Positions 18,876 to 28,764 of a stretch of DNA of 31,256 bases are shown here, piece after piece; the first letter of the stretch is position 1; each line of letters begins with the position of its first letter. Location of the stretch: IMG/VR virus record IMGVR_UViG_3300044267_005815, positions 1-31,256 of that record; one strand, given 5' to 3'. The DNA comes from a virus. Taxonomy: Duplodnaviria > Caudoviricetes. The notes below the pieces were generated by a model. That model saw nothing but the letters and a program-made list of their open reading frames with translations. It did not search any database and was not told the origin of the DNA. Both the position numbers and the translations under genes were made by a program.

Positions 18876-19142
18876 ATGAGTGACAAAAAAGACACTCCCA
18901 GAGCTGGACGCCCGGTCAACACTGCGGGGCTTGAAGCTTGGGAAGGAGGAGCACTGAGGCTTCGTCGACAGATGAAGGGCTTTACTGCCTCCGGCCTTGC
19001 AAGGGAGCTCAAGATTACACATCCGACCATTCTGCGTTGGGAGAAGGGTGAGAACCGCCCGGACGCAGACACCGTTGTCATCCTTGCTGAGATGCTCGAC
19101 TGTGCCCCTGACGATTTTAGCAGACCCCCCCAACTCCTGTAG
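18876..19142 (+). CDS. XRE/Cro-family HTH regulator
   Basis: LRLRRQMKGFTASGLARELKITHPTILRWEKGENRP. Divergent from the leftward cluster; start at MSDKK preferred. Confidence 0.85.
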   Translation: MSDKKDTPRAGRPVNTAGLEAWEGGALRLRRQMKGFTASGLARELKITHPTILRWEKGENRPDADTVVILAEMLDCAPDDFSRPPQLL

Positions 19143-19155
19143 ACCTCACTCTCGA

Positions 19156-20544
19156 ATGACCGTCCCCACTGCCCCTTCGCTCTGGCGCCATCAGAGCGAG
19201 GCGATCGACTTCGTACTCGATCGTCCCTCCACCCTGCTCCACATGGGCATGGGCACGGGTAAGTCTAGATGCGCGATCGAGGTCGCAGAGCGAATGGAGG
19301 TGCGTCGAATGCTCATCCTGTGTCCACTTTCCGTTGTGGACGCATGGGAGAAGCAATTTACGCAATTCGCTCGCAGGGGTTGGGAGGTCTGCCTTTTGAA
19401 CAAAGGCTCCGTTGCGAAGAAGCAGAAGCTTGCATACGAAGCGATGGAGCGAGCCAGAGCGATGGGATGCCCTGTGGTCATCGTCATCAACTACGAGTCG
19501 GCCCGTCTCTCCCCATTCAATATGCTCGCAGAGGCAGGGCAGTTTGACCTCCTCATCATGGACGAGTCCCACAGGCTCAAGTCGCCCCGCGGCAAGACCG
19601 CAAAGTGGGTCGCCAAGCTTGCGAACAAGATCCCTAAGAGGGTCGCGCTTACAGGCACCCCGATGCCTCACTCGCCGCTGGACTGCTTTCAGCAGACGCT
19701 GTGCCTCGGCGCATCTCATGTGTTCGGTCGTAGCTTTGTCCAGTTCCGGCGTAGATACTCGATCATGGGAGGCTTTCAGGGCAAAGAGGTAAAGGGCTTC
19801 CAGAACATTGATGACCTCCGCGCTCGCCTCTCCAAAGTCACCTATCAGGCAGACAGGACCGTCCTTGAGCTCCCGCCGGCCTTGTTTGAGAAGAGGATGG
19901 TTGAACTCTCCCCTGCAGCTCGCCGCGCTTACAAGCAAATGGAGGAGACGCTTAGGGCCGACATCGGCTCAGGCGAGGTCACCGCTTCCAATGGTCTGAC
20001 GAGATTACTTCGCCTTCAGCAGTTGACCTCTGGGCAGGTGACGATCGACGCTGACCCTCCGTATCAGGAGCGGGTCGATGACTCCAAGGTCAAGGCTTTG
20101 GCAGACCTGATGATCGACCTTCCGCCGGACGAGCCCATCTGTGTGTTCGGTCAGTTCAGGGGGGACATGGAGACGGTCCACCTCGCTGCCAAGAAAGCGG
20201 GTCGTGAATCGCTCGAGCTCTCCGGCCCCAGAAAGGAGCTGAAGGAATGGCAAGAGGGCCAAGCGACTGTGCTTGCTGTACAGATACAGGCCGGAGGAGT
20301 CGGAGTAGACTTGACCAGAGCGCGAGTTGTGGCATTCCTAAGTACCGGCTTTTCTTTGGGCGACTATCTACAAGCTCTCGCTCGAAACCACAGACCAGGT
20401 CAGGACCGCACAGTCCTGTACTACCACTTCCTTGCGAAGGACACGGTCGACCTTGCGGTCTATCACGCTCTTCGTAAGCGCGAGAATGTCATCGAAGGCG
20501 TACTCGCAGACCTCAACAACTCACAAAAAAAGGAGACCGTCTAA
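19156..20544 (+). CDS. SNF2-like SF2 helicase
   Basis: MGMGTGKS, INYE, DESH, LTGTP, GGVGVDL and QALARNHRPGQ motifs. Start at MTVPTAP preferred. Confidence 0.92.
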   Translation: MTVPTAPSLWRHQSEAIDFVLDRPSTLLHMGMGTGKSRCAIEVAERMEVRRMLILCPLSVVDAWEKQFTQFARRGWEVCLLNKGSVAKKQKLAYEAMERARAMGCPVVIVINYESARLSPFNMLAEAGQFDLLIMDESHRLKSPRGKTAKWVAKLANKIPKRVALTGTPMPHSPLDCFQQTLCLGASHVFGRSFVQFRRRYSIMGGFQGKEVKGFQNIDDLRARLSKVTYQADRTVLELPPALFEKRMVELSPAARRAYKQMEETLRADIGSGEVTASNGLTRLLRLQQLTSGQVTIDADPPYQERVDDSKVKALADLMIDLPPDEPICVFGQFRGDMETVHLAAKKAGRESLELSGPRKELKEWQEGQATVLAVQIQAGGVGVDLTRARVVAFLSTGFSLGDYLQALARNHRPGQDRTVLYYHFLAKDTVDLAVYHALRKRENVIEGVLADLNNSQKKETV

Positions 20545-21011
20545 TGGACATGGATAGAGCCCGGAGCATGGCTCGGCTGATCAAGCGGAAGCGCGAGTTA
20601 GAGCAGGAAAGGAGAGAGGTGATGGACGAGATCGCGAAGATCGAGATGCCATTGCTAGAGGAGATGCAGATGGAGCAACTCTCCTCGCTGCCGATCACGG
20701 TGGACGGAGAGAAGATCACGATCTACATCCACAATCAGGTCTGGGCAAAGGCCAAGGACGGAGACAAAGACGCTGTCACTAAGGTGCTCAAGCGTTGCGG
20801 CCTCAAGGACTATGTCTCCGAGACCTACAACACAAACAGCCTGTCTGCCTATGTGCGTGAGCGCATTGCTGATGGCAGGACTCTTCAGCCAACCTTGAGA
20901 GATGTCATTGAGATCTCAGAGGTTCCCTCGATCCGCGGACGGAGGACCGCGGTGTCGGAAGAATCATCTTCCTCCAAGACAATCGCAGCCATTAACAACT
21001 CAAGGAGTTAG
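20544..21011 (+). CDS. Hypothetical replication-module protein
   Basis: SD AGGAG. N-terminal coiled coil and NTNSLSAYVRE motif typical of genes preceding phage SSBs. Confidence 0.7.
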   Translation: MDMDRARSMARLIKRKRELEQERREVMDEIAKIEMPLLEEMQMEQLSSLPITVDGEKITIYIHNQVWAKAKDGDKDAVTKVLKRCGLKDYVSETYNTNSLSAYVRERIADGRTLQPTLRDVIEISEVPSIRGRRTAVSEESSSSKTIAAINNSRS

Positions 21012-21016
21012 GACTC

Positions 21017-21754
21017 ATGGCCCCTAAAAATGAAGTAGCAACCGTGACCTCCGGGTCTTTCCCGATCGTCACAGAACCCCAAGCGACCGACCTTATGATG
21101 TCGACGCTTGACCTGGGCGTGTCTCAGTTTGATCTCAAGCGTCTCAGGATGCCCCTTGGTGGAGGCAGCGCATGGTCTGTCGAGACCTTGTCTGGCGAAG
21201 AGATGTTTAAGGAGCTCAATGCCGTCATCCTCATTATGAAGGGTGGCGAGAAAGCTTGGTGGAAGAGTGCGATGGAGGATGGAGGAGACGAGAAGAACCC
21301 CTCATGCTCATCGCATGACGGCATGACCGGATGGGGCGTCAACTCGCTTGATGCGGACGCGGTCGAAGGCAAGCATGACTGCAAGTCCTGCCACTGGAAT
21401 CAGTTTGGTTCAGCTCGCGGCAAGGGAGACGGCAAAGACTGCAAGGACAGCGCGAAGCTCTTCTTGTTCTTGGAGAACAGCCGCATCCCGGCCCTGCTCA
21501 TCGTTCCCGCGACTAGCCTGAAGTCATTGAGCAAGTACTCGATGATGCTGATTGACGCTGGGAAGTCTGTCGAAGGTGTGGTTTCAAAGCTCACGCTGGA
21601 CAGCAATATGAACAAGGCTGGAATCAAGTTCTCCACGCTGAACCTCGCCTATGTAGAGGATCTCCCCGAAGATGGCGCATCTAGGATGAGCGATCTTGCA
21701 AAGCAGTTCCGCGCTCGCATCGCTGCGAATCCGTCTGAGTTCCCTGACTCCTGA
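21017..21754 (+). CDS. Putative Zn-binding ssDNA-binding/recombination protein
   Basis: PSCSSHDG...CKSCHWNQFGS...GKDCK and VPATSLK motifs. Position between helicase and primase; function inferred. Confidence 0.55.
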   Translation: MAPKNEVATVTSGSFPIVTEPQATDLMMSTLDLGVSQFDLKRLRMPLGGGSAWSVETLSGEEMFKELNAVILIMKGGEKAWWKSAMEDGGDEKNPSCSSHDGMTGWGVNSLDADAVEGKHDCKSCHWNQFGSARGKGDGKDCKDSAKLFLFLENSRIPALLIVPATSLKSLSKYSMMLIDAGKSVEGVVSKLTLDSNMNKAGIKFSTLNLAYVEDLPEDGASRMSDLAKQFRARIAANPSEFPDS

Positions 21755-21759
21755 GCGCA

Positions 21760-23589
21760 GTGCAGGGGCCGAATGGTGTACGCCCCGATCGCGAATCGAT
21801 CAGAGCCTTCTTTGGGGCAATGTTCGAGGATGCGGTCGGGGTAGGGGGCTCGCTTGTCCTTTGGGACGGTGCGAGCAAGAGGTCTACATGGACAAATGAC
21901 CTAGACGAAGCGGCATCCAAAGCAGAGGTGATCGCGGCGAAGTCAGACTGCTACTACGGAGTCTGTCTGCAGAACTCGGACGCTGCTCTGGAAGAGCGAG
22001 CAAAGAAGACTGGAGGGGGCGACCCCAGAGACAAGAGCGGACTCGCCTTTACCCGTGGGTATAGCCACACCGTGAGTTATGTGCCGGGGATCTGGCTTGA
22101 CTTGGACATCGCTGGATCGGGCCATGAGAAGAAAGGCTTGCCTGAGAACGAAGAAGACGCAAAGGCGATTCTTCAGACGCTCCCTATCCAACCGTCTTGG
22201 ACGATCGAGACAGGTGGAGGTTGGCATCTCTACTGGAAGTTCGAAGAAGCTCTGGAGCTCACAAACGCTTCAGAGGTGGAGTCCGCTGCCAAGCTGATCA
22301 GAGGATGGCAGGACTACATTATCGCTCGGGCAAAGCACCTCGGCTTCACGGTCGACGCTACGCATGACTTGGCTAGAGTGCTTCGTCCTGCGGGAAGCAT
22401 CAACCGAAAGTACGCTCGACTCGTCAAAACACTGACAGAATACGACTCAGCTCCTCTTCACAACCCCTGTGATTTTGAGGAGTGGGTCGTTGAGCCATCC
22501 GGGCCGGCGCAAAGTGCTACACGCTCAAAGCGTTACGCGAGAAGCGATGTCGAGGAGATGGTTCAGCGCATTGAACCTTTCCTTACCTCAGACGCGGCGC
22601 CTCACAGCGCCAAGCTGATGGGGATGTTGAACCTTCAGCCACAGTTCGCGTCTACCTGGCGCAGGGAGCGCGACAAAGAGTTCCCCTCCCAGAGTGAATA
22701 CGACATGAGCCTTGCCTCGATGGCAGCGTTCGCCAACTGGAAGGACGAGGAGATTGCGACCCTGTGCATAGCCCACAGGCGTGAAGGGGGTCAGCAACTC
22801 AAGCTCGACCGGCCTGACTACTACGCTTACTTGGTCCTGAAGGCGCGCGAGCGCAACGACTCTGAGCAAGCGCATGAGCGCATCGAGGACAGGGTCGAGG
22901 CAATCGACCGCGGACACTCGAATCCAGAGAACGAGCGTGACGCGATCATGGGGGATCTCAGCGCGGTGCTCGGGTTTGAGATAACCAAGATCATCCGCTT
23001 CGTCTCGAACCCTCCTCAGTACCGACTGATCCTTCCAGAGGGCTCGATCAACCTCGGCAGCGTTAACGCGATTTTGAACCCAGCTCTCTTTCGATCCTCG
23101 ATCGCAGCGGTCAGTGGCAAGCTGATCCCGCGCTTCAAGGCGAACCGATGGGATCCTCTCGCGCAAGCGATTCTGCAGAGCGTAGAAGACCAGCATCTTG
23201 GAGCTGACTCCAGTGAGGAGGGCGTAGTCAAGGAGTGGACAAACGAGTATCTGGGGGTCCACAAGCCTTCGATTGACCGCAACGATGCGATTATCTTGAA
23301 GGAGCCCTTCCTGTATCAGGACACTGCGGTGTTTTTCTTGGCCTCATTCAGACGATGGCTTTACCTTGAGCGCGATGAGCGCCTGAGCCGAGTTCAGGTC
23401 GCGACCATGCTTCGGTCTGCAAATGTGGAACCTGCAGTCGTTGCCTACACAGACTCAGAGACCGGAAAGCGGTCGACCGTCAATGTCTGGAGCCTTCCGA
23501 AGTACGAGGGCTCTCAGGCGCGGGATCATCAGACAGAGGCCGAGTTTACAGACGAATTGAACCGGGGATTTGCACAGGACCGCAGTTGA
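21760..23589 (+). CDS. RepB/AEP-type primase with helical-bundle domain, no P-loop helicase
   Basis: WLDLD, ETGGGWHLYW and DLARVLRPAGSIN catalytic motifs; SQSEYDMSLA helical-bundle motif. Confidence 0.8.
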   Translation: MQGPNGVRPDRESIRAFFGAMFEDAVGVGGSLVLWDGASKRSTWTNDLDEAASKAEVIAAKSDCYYGVCLQNSDAALEERAKKTGGGDPRDKSGLAFTRGYSHTVSYVPGIWLDLDIAGSGHEKKGLPENEEDAKAILQTLPIQPSWTIETGGGWHLYWKFEEALELTNASEVESAAKLIRGWQDYIIARAKHLGFTVDATHDLARVLRPAGSINRKYARLVKTLTEYDSAPLHNPCDFEEWVVEPSGPAQSATRSKRYARSDVEEMVQRIEPFLTSDAAPHSAKLMGMLNLQPQFASTWRRERDKEFPSQSEYDMSLASMAAFANWKDEEIATLCIAHRREGGQQLKLDRPDYYAYLVLKARERNDSEQAHERIEDRVEAIDRGHSNPENERDAIMGDLSAVLGFEITKIIRFVSNPPQYRLILPEGSINLGSVNAILNPALFRSSIAAVSGKLIPRFKANRWDPLAQAILQSVEDQHLGADSSEEGVVKEWTNEYLGVHKPSIDRNDAIILKEPFLYQDTAVFFLASFRRWLYLERDERLSRVQVATMLRSANVEPAVVAYTDSETGKRSTVNVWSLPKYEGSQARDHQTEAEFTDELNRGFAQDRS

Positions 23590-23723
23590 TGAGAAGCCAG
23601 TACGAAAGACCTAATATTGACAATCAAGACCCTTCCGACATCTACCCGTCGACCTGTGTGTACGGGTGTGGGTGCTGGATAGTGTTGTTTTTGGTCTACT
23701 CGATCGTGCTTTGGGTTCTCTGA
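23589..23723 (+). CDS. Small C-terminal TM protein (44 aa, not in the ORF track)
   Basis: TGATG coupling. MRSQYERP...CGCWIVLFLVYSIVLWVL. Ends immediately before the helicase GTG. Confidence 0.5.
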   Translation: MRSQYERPNIDNQDPSDIYPSTCVYGCGCWIVLFLVYSIVLWVL

Positions 23724-25337
23724 GTGACGGAGTACCGACTACATGGGCCTCCGGGGTGTGGCAAGAGTCACGCTCTAGCGAACAAATGGATCCCAAGGGC
23801 TGTTGAGAAGTTTGGCGAAGACGATGTGGTCGTTTGCTCGCTGACTAAGACTGCAGCGGCTGAGATTGCTTCAAGAGACCTCAAGCTGCCGGACCAGAAT
23901 GTCGGCACACTCCACGCGATTGCCTATCGCTCTCTCGGGAGCCCGGACATTGCGGATACCAGGCTGGAAGAGTGGAACGAACATCAGCCAGCTTTTGCCC
24001 TTCAGGGCGCATCTACATCGCTCGATGACCTTGGGCAGCGAGGAGATCGCGGACGAAAGGCCGACGAGCTCGCTTCTATTGCTCAGGTATACCGCCACAG
24101 GATGACTCCTCGCGATCGGTGGAGACCTGATGTGCTCTCTTTCCAGACAAAGTGGGAAGACTGGCTACAAGAGACAGGGTATGTCGACTTTACGGGTCTG
24201 ATCGAGCAAGCACTGGACTCTGGAGCTGCCCCCGGAGATCCACAGGTCTTCGTTGTCGACGAAGCGCAGGACTCCTCGACGCTTGAGCTTGCGCTTGTTC
24301 GCAGTTGGGCCAAAGAGGCCGAGTTTGCGATCCTTGCCGGCGACGGAGATCAGTCGATCTACTCATGGCGAGGTGCTTCTCCTGAGGCATTTTTGGGTGA
24401 GGATATACCGCCGCAGAACAACTATCACCTGAAGCAGTCGTACAGGGTTCCTCGAGCTATTCACCGCGTAGCCTCCAAGTGGATCGAGAAGGCTAGTTAC
24501 AGGTACGCGGTCGAATATGAGCCCAGAGACTTTGAAGGTGAGGTGATACTCAGCCACAGGGGCTCTTCGCGCGCGGTCGAGCCGGTCCTTGACCAAGTTT
24601 ACGCGGACCTAGAGAACGGCAAGACCGTGATGCTGCTGGCGAGCTGCGCCTTCTCGCTGTCTAAAGCGATCGCAAAGCTCAGGGAAGACGGGATTCTGTT
24701 CCATAACCCCTACCGTCTGCACAACGGAGCGTGGAATCCTCTGCGGGGTGGATTCGAGAGGCTTAACGCTTTTATGAAGATTGATCCAAGCATCCACAAG
24801 CATCAAGCGAGGCTCTGGACATGGGGTGAAATGAGGAAGTGGATGGACCTCCTAAAGTCCAGCGACTGCATGAACCCTAAGGCTAAGAAGCTGATACGAC
24901 AGAAGGACGGCACTCGCGCTCGCTACGAGGTGATGTCACCAGCAGATGCTCTTGATGTATTTAGGGAGTCCTCTTGGAGAGAGCTCAGGCAGCACCTAAT
25001 CGATCGCAAGCCCATCGAGTGGCTAAAGAGCAATATGCTCGCGTCCAAAAAGAAGTTGATGTCCTATTCGTTCGCAATTGCAGAGCAGCATGGTTCTGCT
25101 GCGCTACTTGAGGAACCTCGCCTGGTTGTAGGCACGATCCACAGCACAAAAGGGGGCGAGTGCGATAGTTGCTACTTGTTCCCTGACCTTAGCCCCTCCG
25201 GGGCGCGAGAAGCATCGAACGCGGCAAGCAGAGACGGCGTGATCAGAACCTTCTATGTGGGCATGACGCGAGCTAGGGAAAAGCTAGTGCTTTGTTCAAG
25301 ATGGAGTCCATCTTCCGTAAGTTGGGGAACAGCATGA
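23724..25337 (+). CDS. UvrD/Rep-like SF1 helicase
   Basis: GPPGCGKS, VDEAQD, GDGDQSIY, QSYRVP, TIHSTKGGE and YVGMTRA motifs. Confidence 0.93.
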   Translation: MTEYRLHGPPGCGKSHALANKWIPRAVEKFGEDDVVVCSLTKTAAAEIASRDLKLPDQNVGTLHAIAYRSLGSPDIADTRLEEWNEHQPAFALQGASTSLDDLGQRGDRGRKADELASIAQVYRHRMTPRDRWRPDVLSFQTKWEDWLQETGYVDFTGLIEQALDSGAAPGDPQVFVVDEAQDSSTLELALVRSWAKEAEFAILAGDGDQSIYSWRGASPEAFLGEDIPPQNNYHLKQSYRVPRAIHRVASKWIEKASYRYAVEYEPRDFEGEVILSHRGSSRAVEPVLDQVYADLENGKTVMLLASCAFSLSKAIAKLREDGILFHNPYRLHNGAWNPLRGGFERLNAFMKIDPSIHKHQARLWTWGEMRKWMDLLKSSDCMNPKAKKLIRQKDGTRARYEVMSPADALDVFRESSWRELRQHLIDRKPIEWLKSNMLASKKKLMSYSFAIAEQHGSAALLEEPRLVVGTIHSTKGGECDSCYLFPDLSPSGAREASNAASRDGVIRTFYVGMTRAREKLVLCSRWSPSSVSWGTA

Positions 25338-25459
25338 ACAACAAAGAGATTCGTAAGGAGATCAAAAGCCTCAATAGGGCCGCATATCGTCGAGGATGCT
25401 TGTCCTTGCTGCCGATTCTTGTACCGATTGGACTGTTGGCGGCATGGTTCCTTTCCTAA
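25334..25459 (+). CDS. Small basic TM protein (41 aa, not in the ORF track)
   Basis: ATGA overlap. MNNKEIRKEIKSLNRAAYRRGCLSLLPILVPIGLLAAWFLS. Confidence 0.5.
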   Translation: MNNKEIRKEIKSLNRAAYRRGCLSLLPILVPIGLLAAWFLS

Positions 25460-25785
25460 AGCGAAGCTCTGAAGAGCAATCTTCCCCTAGAGAGCTTGCG
25501 CGCAAGCTTCGCATCCTCGTCCCCCCTACCTGGCCTGTGCAAGTTCGCACCGTGCAGCTCTCTGAGTCACATGGCGACTGTGAGCTCGTTAAAGAGAGCA
25601 AGCGTGGGCCTCACTTCCGCATCAGGCTTGCAAAGAGTCTTTCACTGGACGCCGCTCAGTTCGCTCTGATCCATGAATGGGCTCATTGCCTGAGTTGGGG
25701 ATCAGAGTCGCATCGCATCTCGCATCACGGTCCTGAATGGGGGATCGCGATGTCACGCATCTGGCAAGCCCTCATGGAGGAATAA
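25444..25785 (+). CDS. HEXXH zinc metallopeptidase (SprT/ImmA-like)
   Basis: LIHEWAH...HHGPEW motif. Confidence 0.75.
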   Translation: MVPFLKRSSEEQSSPRELARKLRILVPPTWPVQVRTVQLSESHGDCELVKESKRGPHFRIRLAKSLSLDAAQFALIHEWAHCLSWGSESHRISHHGPEWGIAMSRIWQALMEE

Positions 25786-26054
25786 TGAACAGGCGAGAAC
25801 TCATCAAGCTAAAGCGGACAGGTCTGAAGCTACCTGACATTGGCCTCTCAAAGAGGGCAATCAACCTCCGTAATCGTCTCAGCGCAGTCGGGTTCAACCT
25901 CCAGAGGTCACACACCTCAGATTGCGCTTGGGTTATTTACAAGCTTGATGTCGACATGAAGCATCAGCTCGCTCTTAGGGCGAGAACACTAGAAGAGGTC
26001 TCTTCATTCGTGAAGCTCGAGGAGCAGTCCATTATGAACAGGATGATCAAATGA
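25785..26054 (+). CDS. Hypothetical protein
   Basis: SD GGAGG, TAATG coupling. Confidence 0.65.
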   Translation: MNRRELIKLKRTGLKLPDIGLSKRAINLRNRLSAVGFNLQRSHTSDCAWVIYKLDVDMKHQLALRARTLEEVSSFVKLEEQSIMNRMIK

Positions 26055-26554
26055 CAATCTATGTAGGCATCGACCCCGGCATCACCGGGGCTATCGCGAT
26101 CCTCGGAAACGAGGGGCAGTTTATACACGCTCTCAGAGTGCCGATCATCGAGGCTGGAAACGCGCGCAAGGAATACGACCTTCGCCAGATGTCGAACATC
26201 TTCCTAGATGTGATGACCAACACAGAAGAGAAGATCTCCTGCTGGATTGAGAAGCAGACCACAGCACCAGGTGACGGACGAGTCGGCATATTCCGCTTCG
26301 GCATCGGCTACGGGATGTGGCAGGGGCTCCTCACCGGCCTCGGAGTTCCGTTTGAGTTTGTCACGCCACAGAGATGGCAGGGGGCAATGCTCGCTGGACA
26401 CCCTCGCAGCGGAAGAGATCAGATCAAGGTCAGCGCGGTAGCGGTCGCAAAGAACCTCTTCCCGCCGATCCCGATCAAGTTTAAGAAGGACTGGGGGATG
26501 GCAGATGCTGCCCTCATCGCAGAGTACGGTCGAAGAGCTCAAGCAAAGGAGTAA
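26051..26554 (+). CDS. RuvC-like Holliday junction resolvase
   Basis: VGIDPGITGAIA, WIE, FGIGYG, VTPQRW and ADAALIA motifs. Confidence 0.88.
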   Translation: MTIYVGIDPGITGAIAILGNEGQFIHALRVPIIEAGNARKEYDLRQMSNIFLDVMTNTEEKISCWIEKQTTAPGDGRVGIFRFGIGYGMWQGLLTGLGVPFEFVTPQRWQGAMLAGHPRSGRDQIKVSAVAVAKNLFPPIPIKFKKDWGMADAALIAEYGRRAQAKE

Positions 26555-26556
26555 GC

Positions 26557-26697
26557 ATGGACTGGGGAAGTTTTAGTCTCGGGTGCGCTTTTGGCGTACT
26601 CATTGGAGTGGTCATGGTCTTCGGATACATGATCATGCTGGCTCGTCCGCAGATCAGGGAAGCAGCTCGCAAGGCAAGAGAGGGGAGAAAGGGGTGA
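26557..26697 (+). CDS. Small N-terminal TM protein (46 aa, not in the ORF track)
   Basis: SD AAGGAG. MDWGSFSLGCAFGVLIGVVMVFGYMIMLARP... with a GTGA overlap into the next gene. Confidence 0.6.
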   Translation: MDWGSFSLGCAFGVLIGVVMVFGYMIMLARPQIREAARKAREGRKG

Positions 26698-27413
26698 GCG
26701 AGCGACCGAAGGGTAAGAAATCTCGCTATGACGCGCGAAGGAACAGGACAACCTGCACCTTTGAAGACGGCGATGAGCCGAACCGCTGCAGAGCCCGGAA
26801 CCGTCAAGGCAAGAGATGCGGCAACCCCAAGGTCGCAGGGCGCACCGTCTGCAGGATGCACGGGGGACACGCCGGCAGACCTCCGACCAGCGGTCGCAGG
26901 AGCATGGCTCTGGGCAGACTTCAGGAAGCTTACGAAGAGGCCAAGAATGACCCCACACTGCTCGACCTCAAGGACACCCTCGCGGTGCTTGATTTGGTTA
27001 TGCAGAAGGCCGCAGAGCACTTTGTCGACTCTGACACCCCTGAGCTCAGACAAAACGCTCTCGAGCTCCTCATTCAAGCTAGGGCTGAACCAGAGCCTGA
27101 AAAGAGAGAGCACTACCTAGATGCGCTTGAAGAGTTGCTTAGGGCTGGGGCCAATGAGAGCGATGCTCTTGAAAACCTTGCCAAGGCAGCAGAGAGGCTC
27201 GCTAGACGAAAAGAAAAAGCATGGGGCATCAAGCTCGATGCAGCAGTTGCCATGAATGCGCGCGACATGATCGCTGTGCTGGCAAGACTCACAGACTTCA
27301 TTATGGAAGAGGCCCCGCGTGACGCAGCAGGAAGAATTATTAGACGGATTGACCAAGAGATCATGGGCGCAGGTAAGACAGCGGTTGGACTCGATACTGG
27401 AGAACCAGGATGA
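26694..27413 (+). CDS. Putative terminase small subunit with HGGxSTG-type Zn domain
   Basis: CRARNRQGKRC...CRMHGG motif, helical C-terminus, directly upstream of TerL. GTG 26694 preferred as start. Confidence 0.7.
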   Translation: MSERPKGKKSRYDARRNRTTCTFEDGDEPNRCRARNRQGKRCGNPKVAGRTVCRMHGGHAGRPPTSGRRSMALGRLQEAYEEAKNDPTLLDLKDTLAVLDLVMQKAAEHFVDSDTPELRQNALELLIQARAEPEPEKREHYLDALEELLRAGANESDALENLAKAAERLARRKEKAWGIKLDAAVAMNARDMIAVLARLTDFIMEEAPRDAAGRIIRRIDQEIMGAGKTAVGLDTGEPG

Positions 27414-28764
27414 CGCGGGATACCCCCAGTTCGTCGACGATCCGGGCGGGTTCGCTCGCGAAGTGCTGAACTTCGACCCTTGGTCGAAACAAGAAGCGAT
27501 CGGCAAGGCCCTTGTCGAAAACCAGCGAGTCTCCGTGGTCTCATGCAACGGAGCGGGCAAAACAACATGGGCAGCGAGGATCCTCCTGTGGTTTATGAAC
27601 ACTCGCAAGGGCGCGATCGTCTTGACCACTGCTCCCACTTGGCATCAGGTTGGTCTTCTATGGCGAGAAGTCAGGGCCGCGTTTGCTGAGTCCAACATGA
27701 AGTTGCCCGGAGAGCTCATGCAGACTCGCCTTGATATCTCTCCCAATTGGTATGCGATGGGCCTGTCGACCGACAAGGAGGAGAGGTTTCAAGGATTCCA
27801 CGCGAAGGGCTCGGAGCCTGGTGGAGAGGGAGGTCTTCTCGTCATCGTCGACGAGGCATCTGGTGTCGCAGACCACATCTTTGATGCTATGCGGGGCTAC
27901 CTGACCTCGCCCAACTGCTATGTGCTCCTCATCGGCAACGGAAACAGGGCCGAAGGAAGCTTCTTCGACTCTCATCAGCGAGGCAACTGGGCTCGGTTCG
28001 AGATTGCAGCGCACGATGTGCCTGAATCAATCATCTCTCGCGACTGGATCGAGGAGCAGCGCATCCACTATGGAGAGGATTCGCCTCAATGGTATGTCCG
28101 CGTCCTTGGAAAGTTTCCGCCCACAGGGGGCGACTACCAACTGTGTCCCCTCTGGCTCCTCGAGCAGTCCTGTGACACTGTGCCAGACCAAGACCTAGGT
28201 AAGCATATGGGGGTCGATGTTGCTCGATCAGGAAGCGATCAGACCGTCTGCGTAGTCACTACCGATGGCATCGTTACTAGGACCGAAGCGTGGACCGGAT
28301 CAGATCTCATGGAGACTACGCGCAGAGTTCTCGGACTTGCACAAGAAGAGGGCATCGAGGGGCAGAATGTTCATATCGACGCCTCCGGCCTCGGCGCCGG
28401 CGTAGTTGACCGCATGGCAGAAGCTGAGATGCCTGTCGACGCGGTCGACTTCGGAGCTGGGCCGCAAGGCGACTGGGGAGAACTCCTCGGGAGAGACTTC
28501 AAGGCAGCGAACAGAAAGGCCGAGCTCCACTGGGTCGGGCGCATGGCGCTCATCAACGGGATCGCCGCGGTCCCTGAACGCTTCAAGGACAACCTCTGGA
28601 GGCAGCTTCAGTGGACGAACTTTCAGTACAACGAGCGTGGATTCCTGCTCATGGAGCCCAAAGAGAAGCTCAGGCAGAGGTATGGCGCCTCGCCTGACTA
28701 CGCAGATGCTTGGTTCCTCTCGCTCTCGCGGGTGTACAGTCAGCGGAGGGTGTTCTTCGTATGA
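27319..28764 (+). CDS. terL: Terminase large subunit
   Basis: Walker A SCNGAGKT, Walker B LLVIVDEA, LIGN coupling motif, nuclease motifs GVDVARSGSD and SPDYADA. Confidence 0.95.
   Translation: MTQQEELLDGLTKRSWAQVRQRLDSILENQDDAGYPQFVDDPGGFAREVLNFDPWSKQEAIGKALVENQRVSVVSCNGAGKTTWAARILLWFMNTRKGAIVLTTAPTWHQVGLLWREVRAAFAESNMKLPGELMQTRLDISPNWYAMGLSTDKEERFQGFHAKGSEPGGEGGLLVIVDEASGVADHIFDAMRGYLTSPNCYVLLIGNGNRAEGSFFDSHQRGNWARFEIAAHDVPESIISRDWIEEQRIHYGEDSPQWYVRVLGKFPPTGGDYQLCPLWLLEQSCDTVPDQDLGKHMGVDVARSGSDQTVCVVTTDGIVTRTEAWTGSDLMETTRRVLGLAQEEGIEGQNVHIDASGLGAGVVDRMAEAEMPVDAVDFGAGPQGDWGELLGRDFKAANRKAELHWVGRMALINGIAAVPERFKDNLWRQLQWTNFQYNERGFLLMEPKEKLRQRYGASPDYADAWFLSLSRVYSQRRVFFV

Noticed and set aside
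19117-19938. Long antisense ORFs (e.g. 19117-19938, 22588-23262, 26514-27113)
   Set aside because: These are shadow ORFs opposite well-supported genes in GC-rich DNA and have no motifs.
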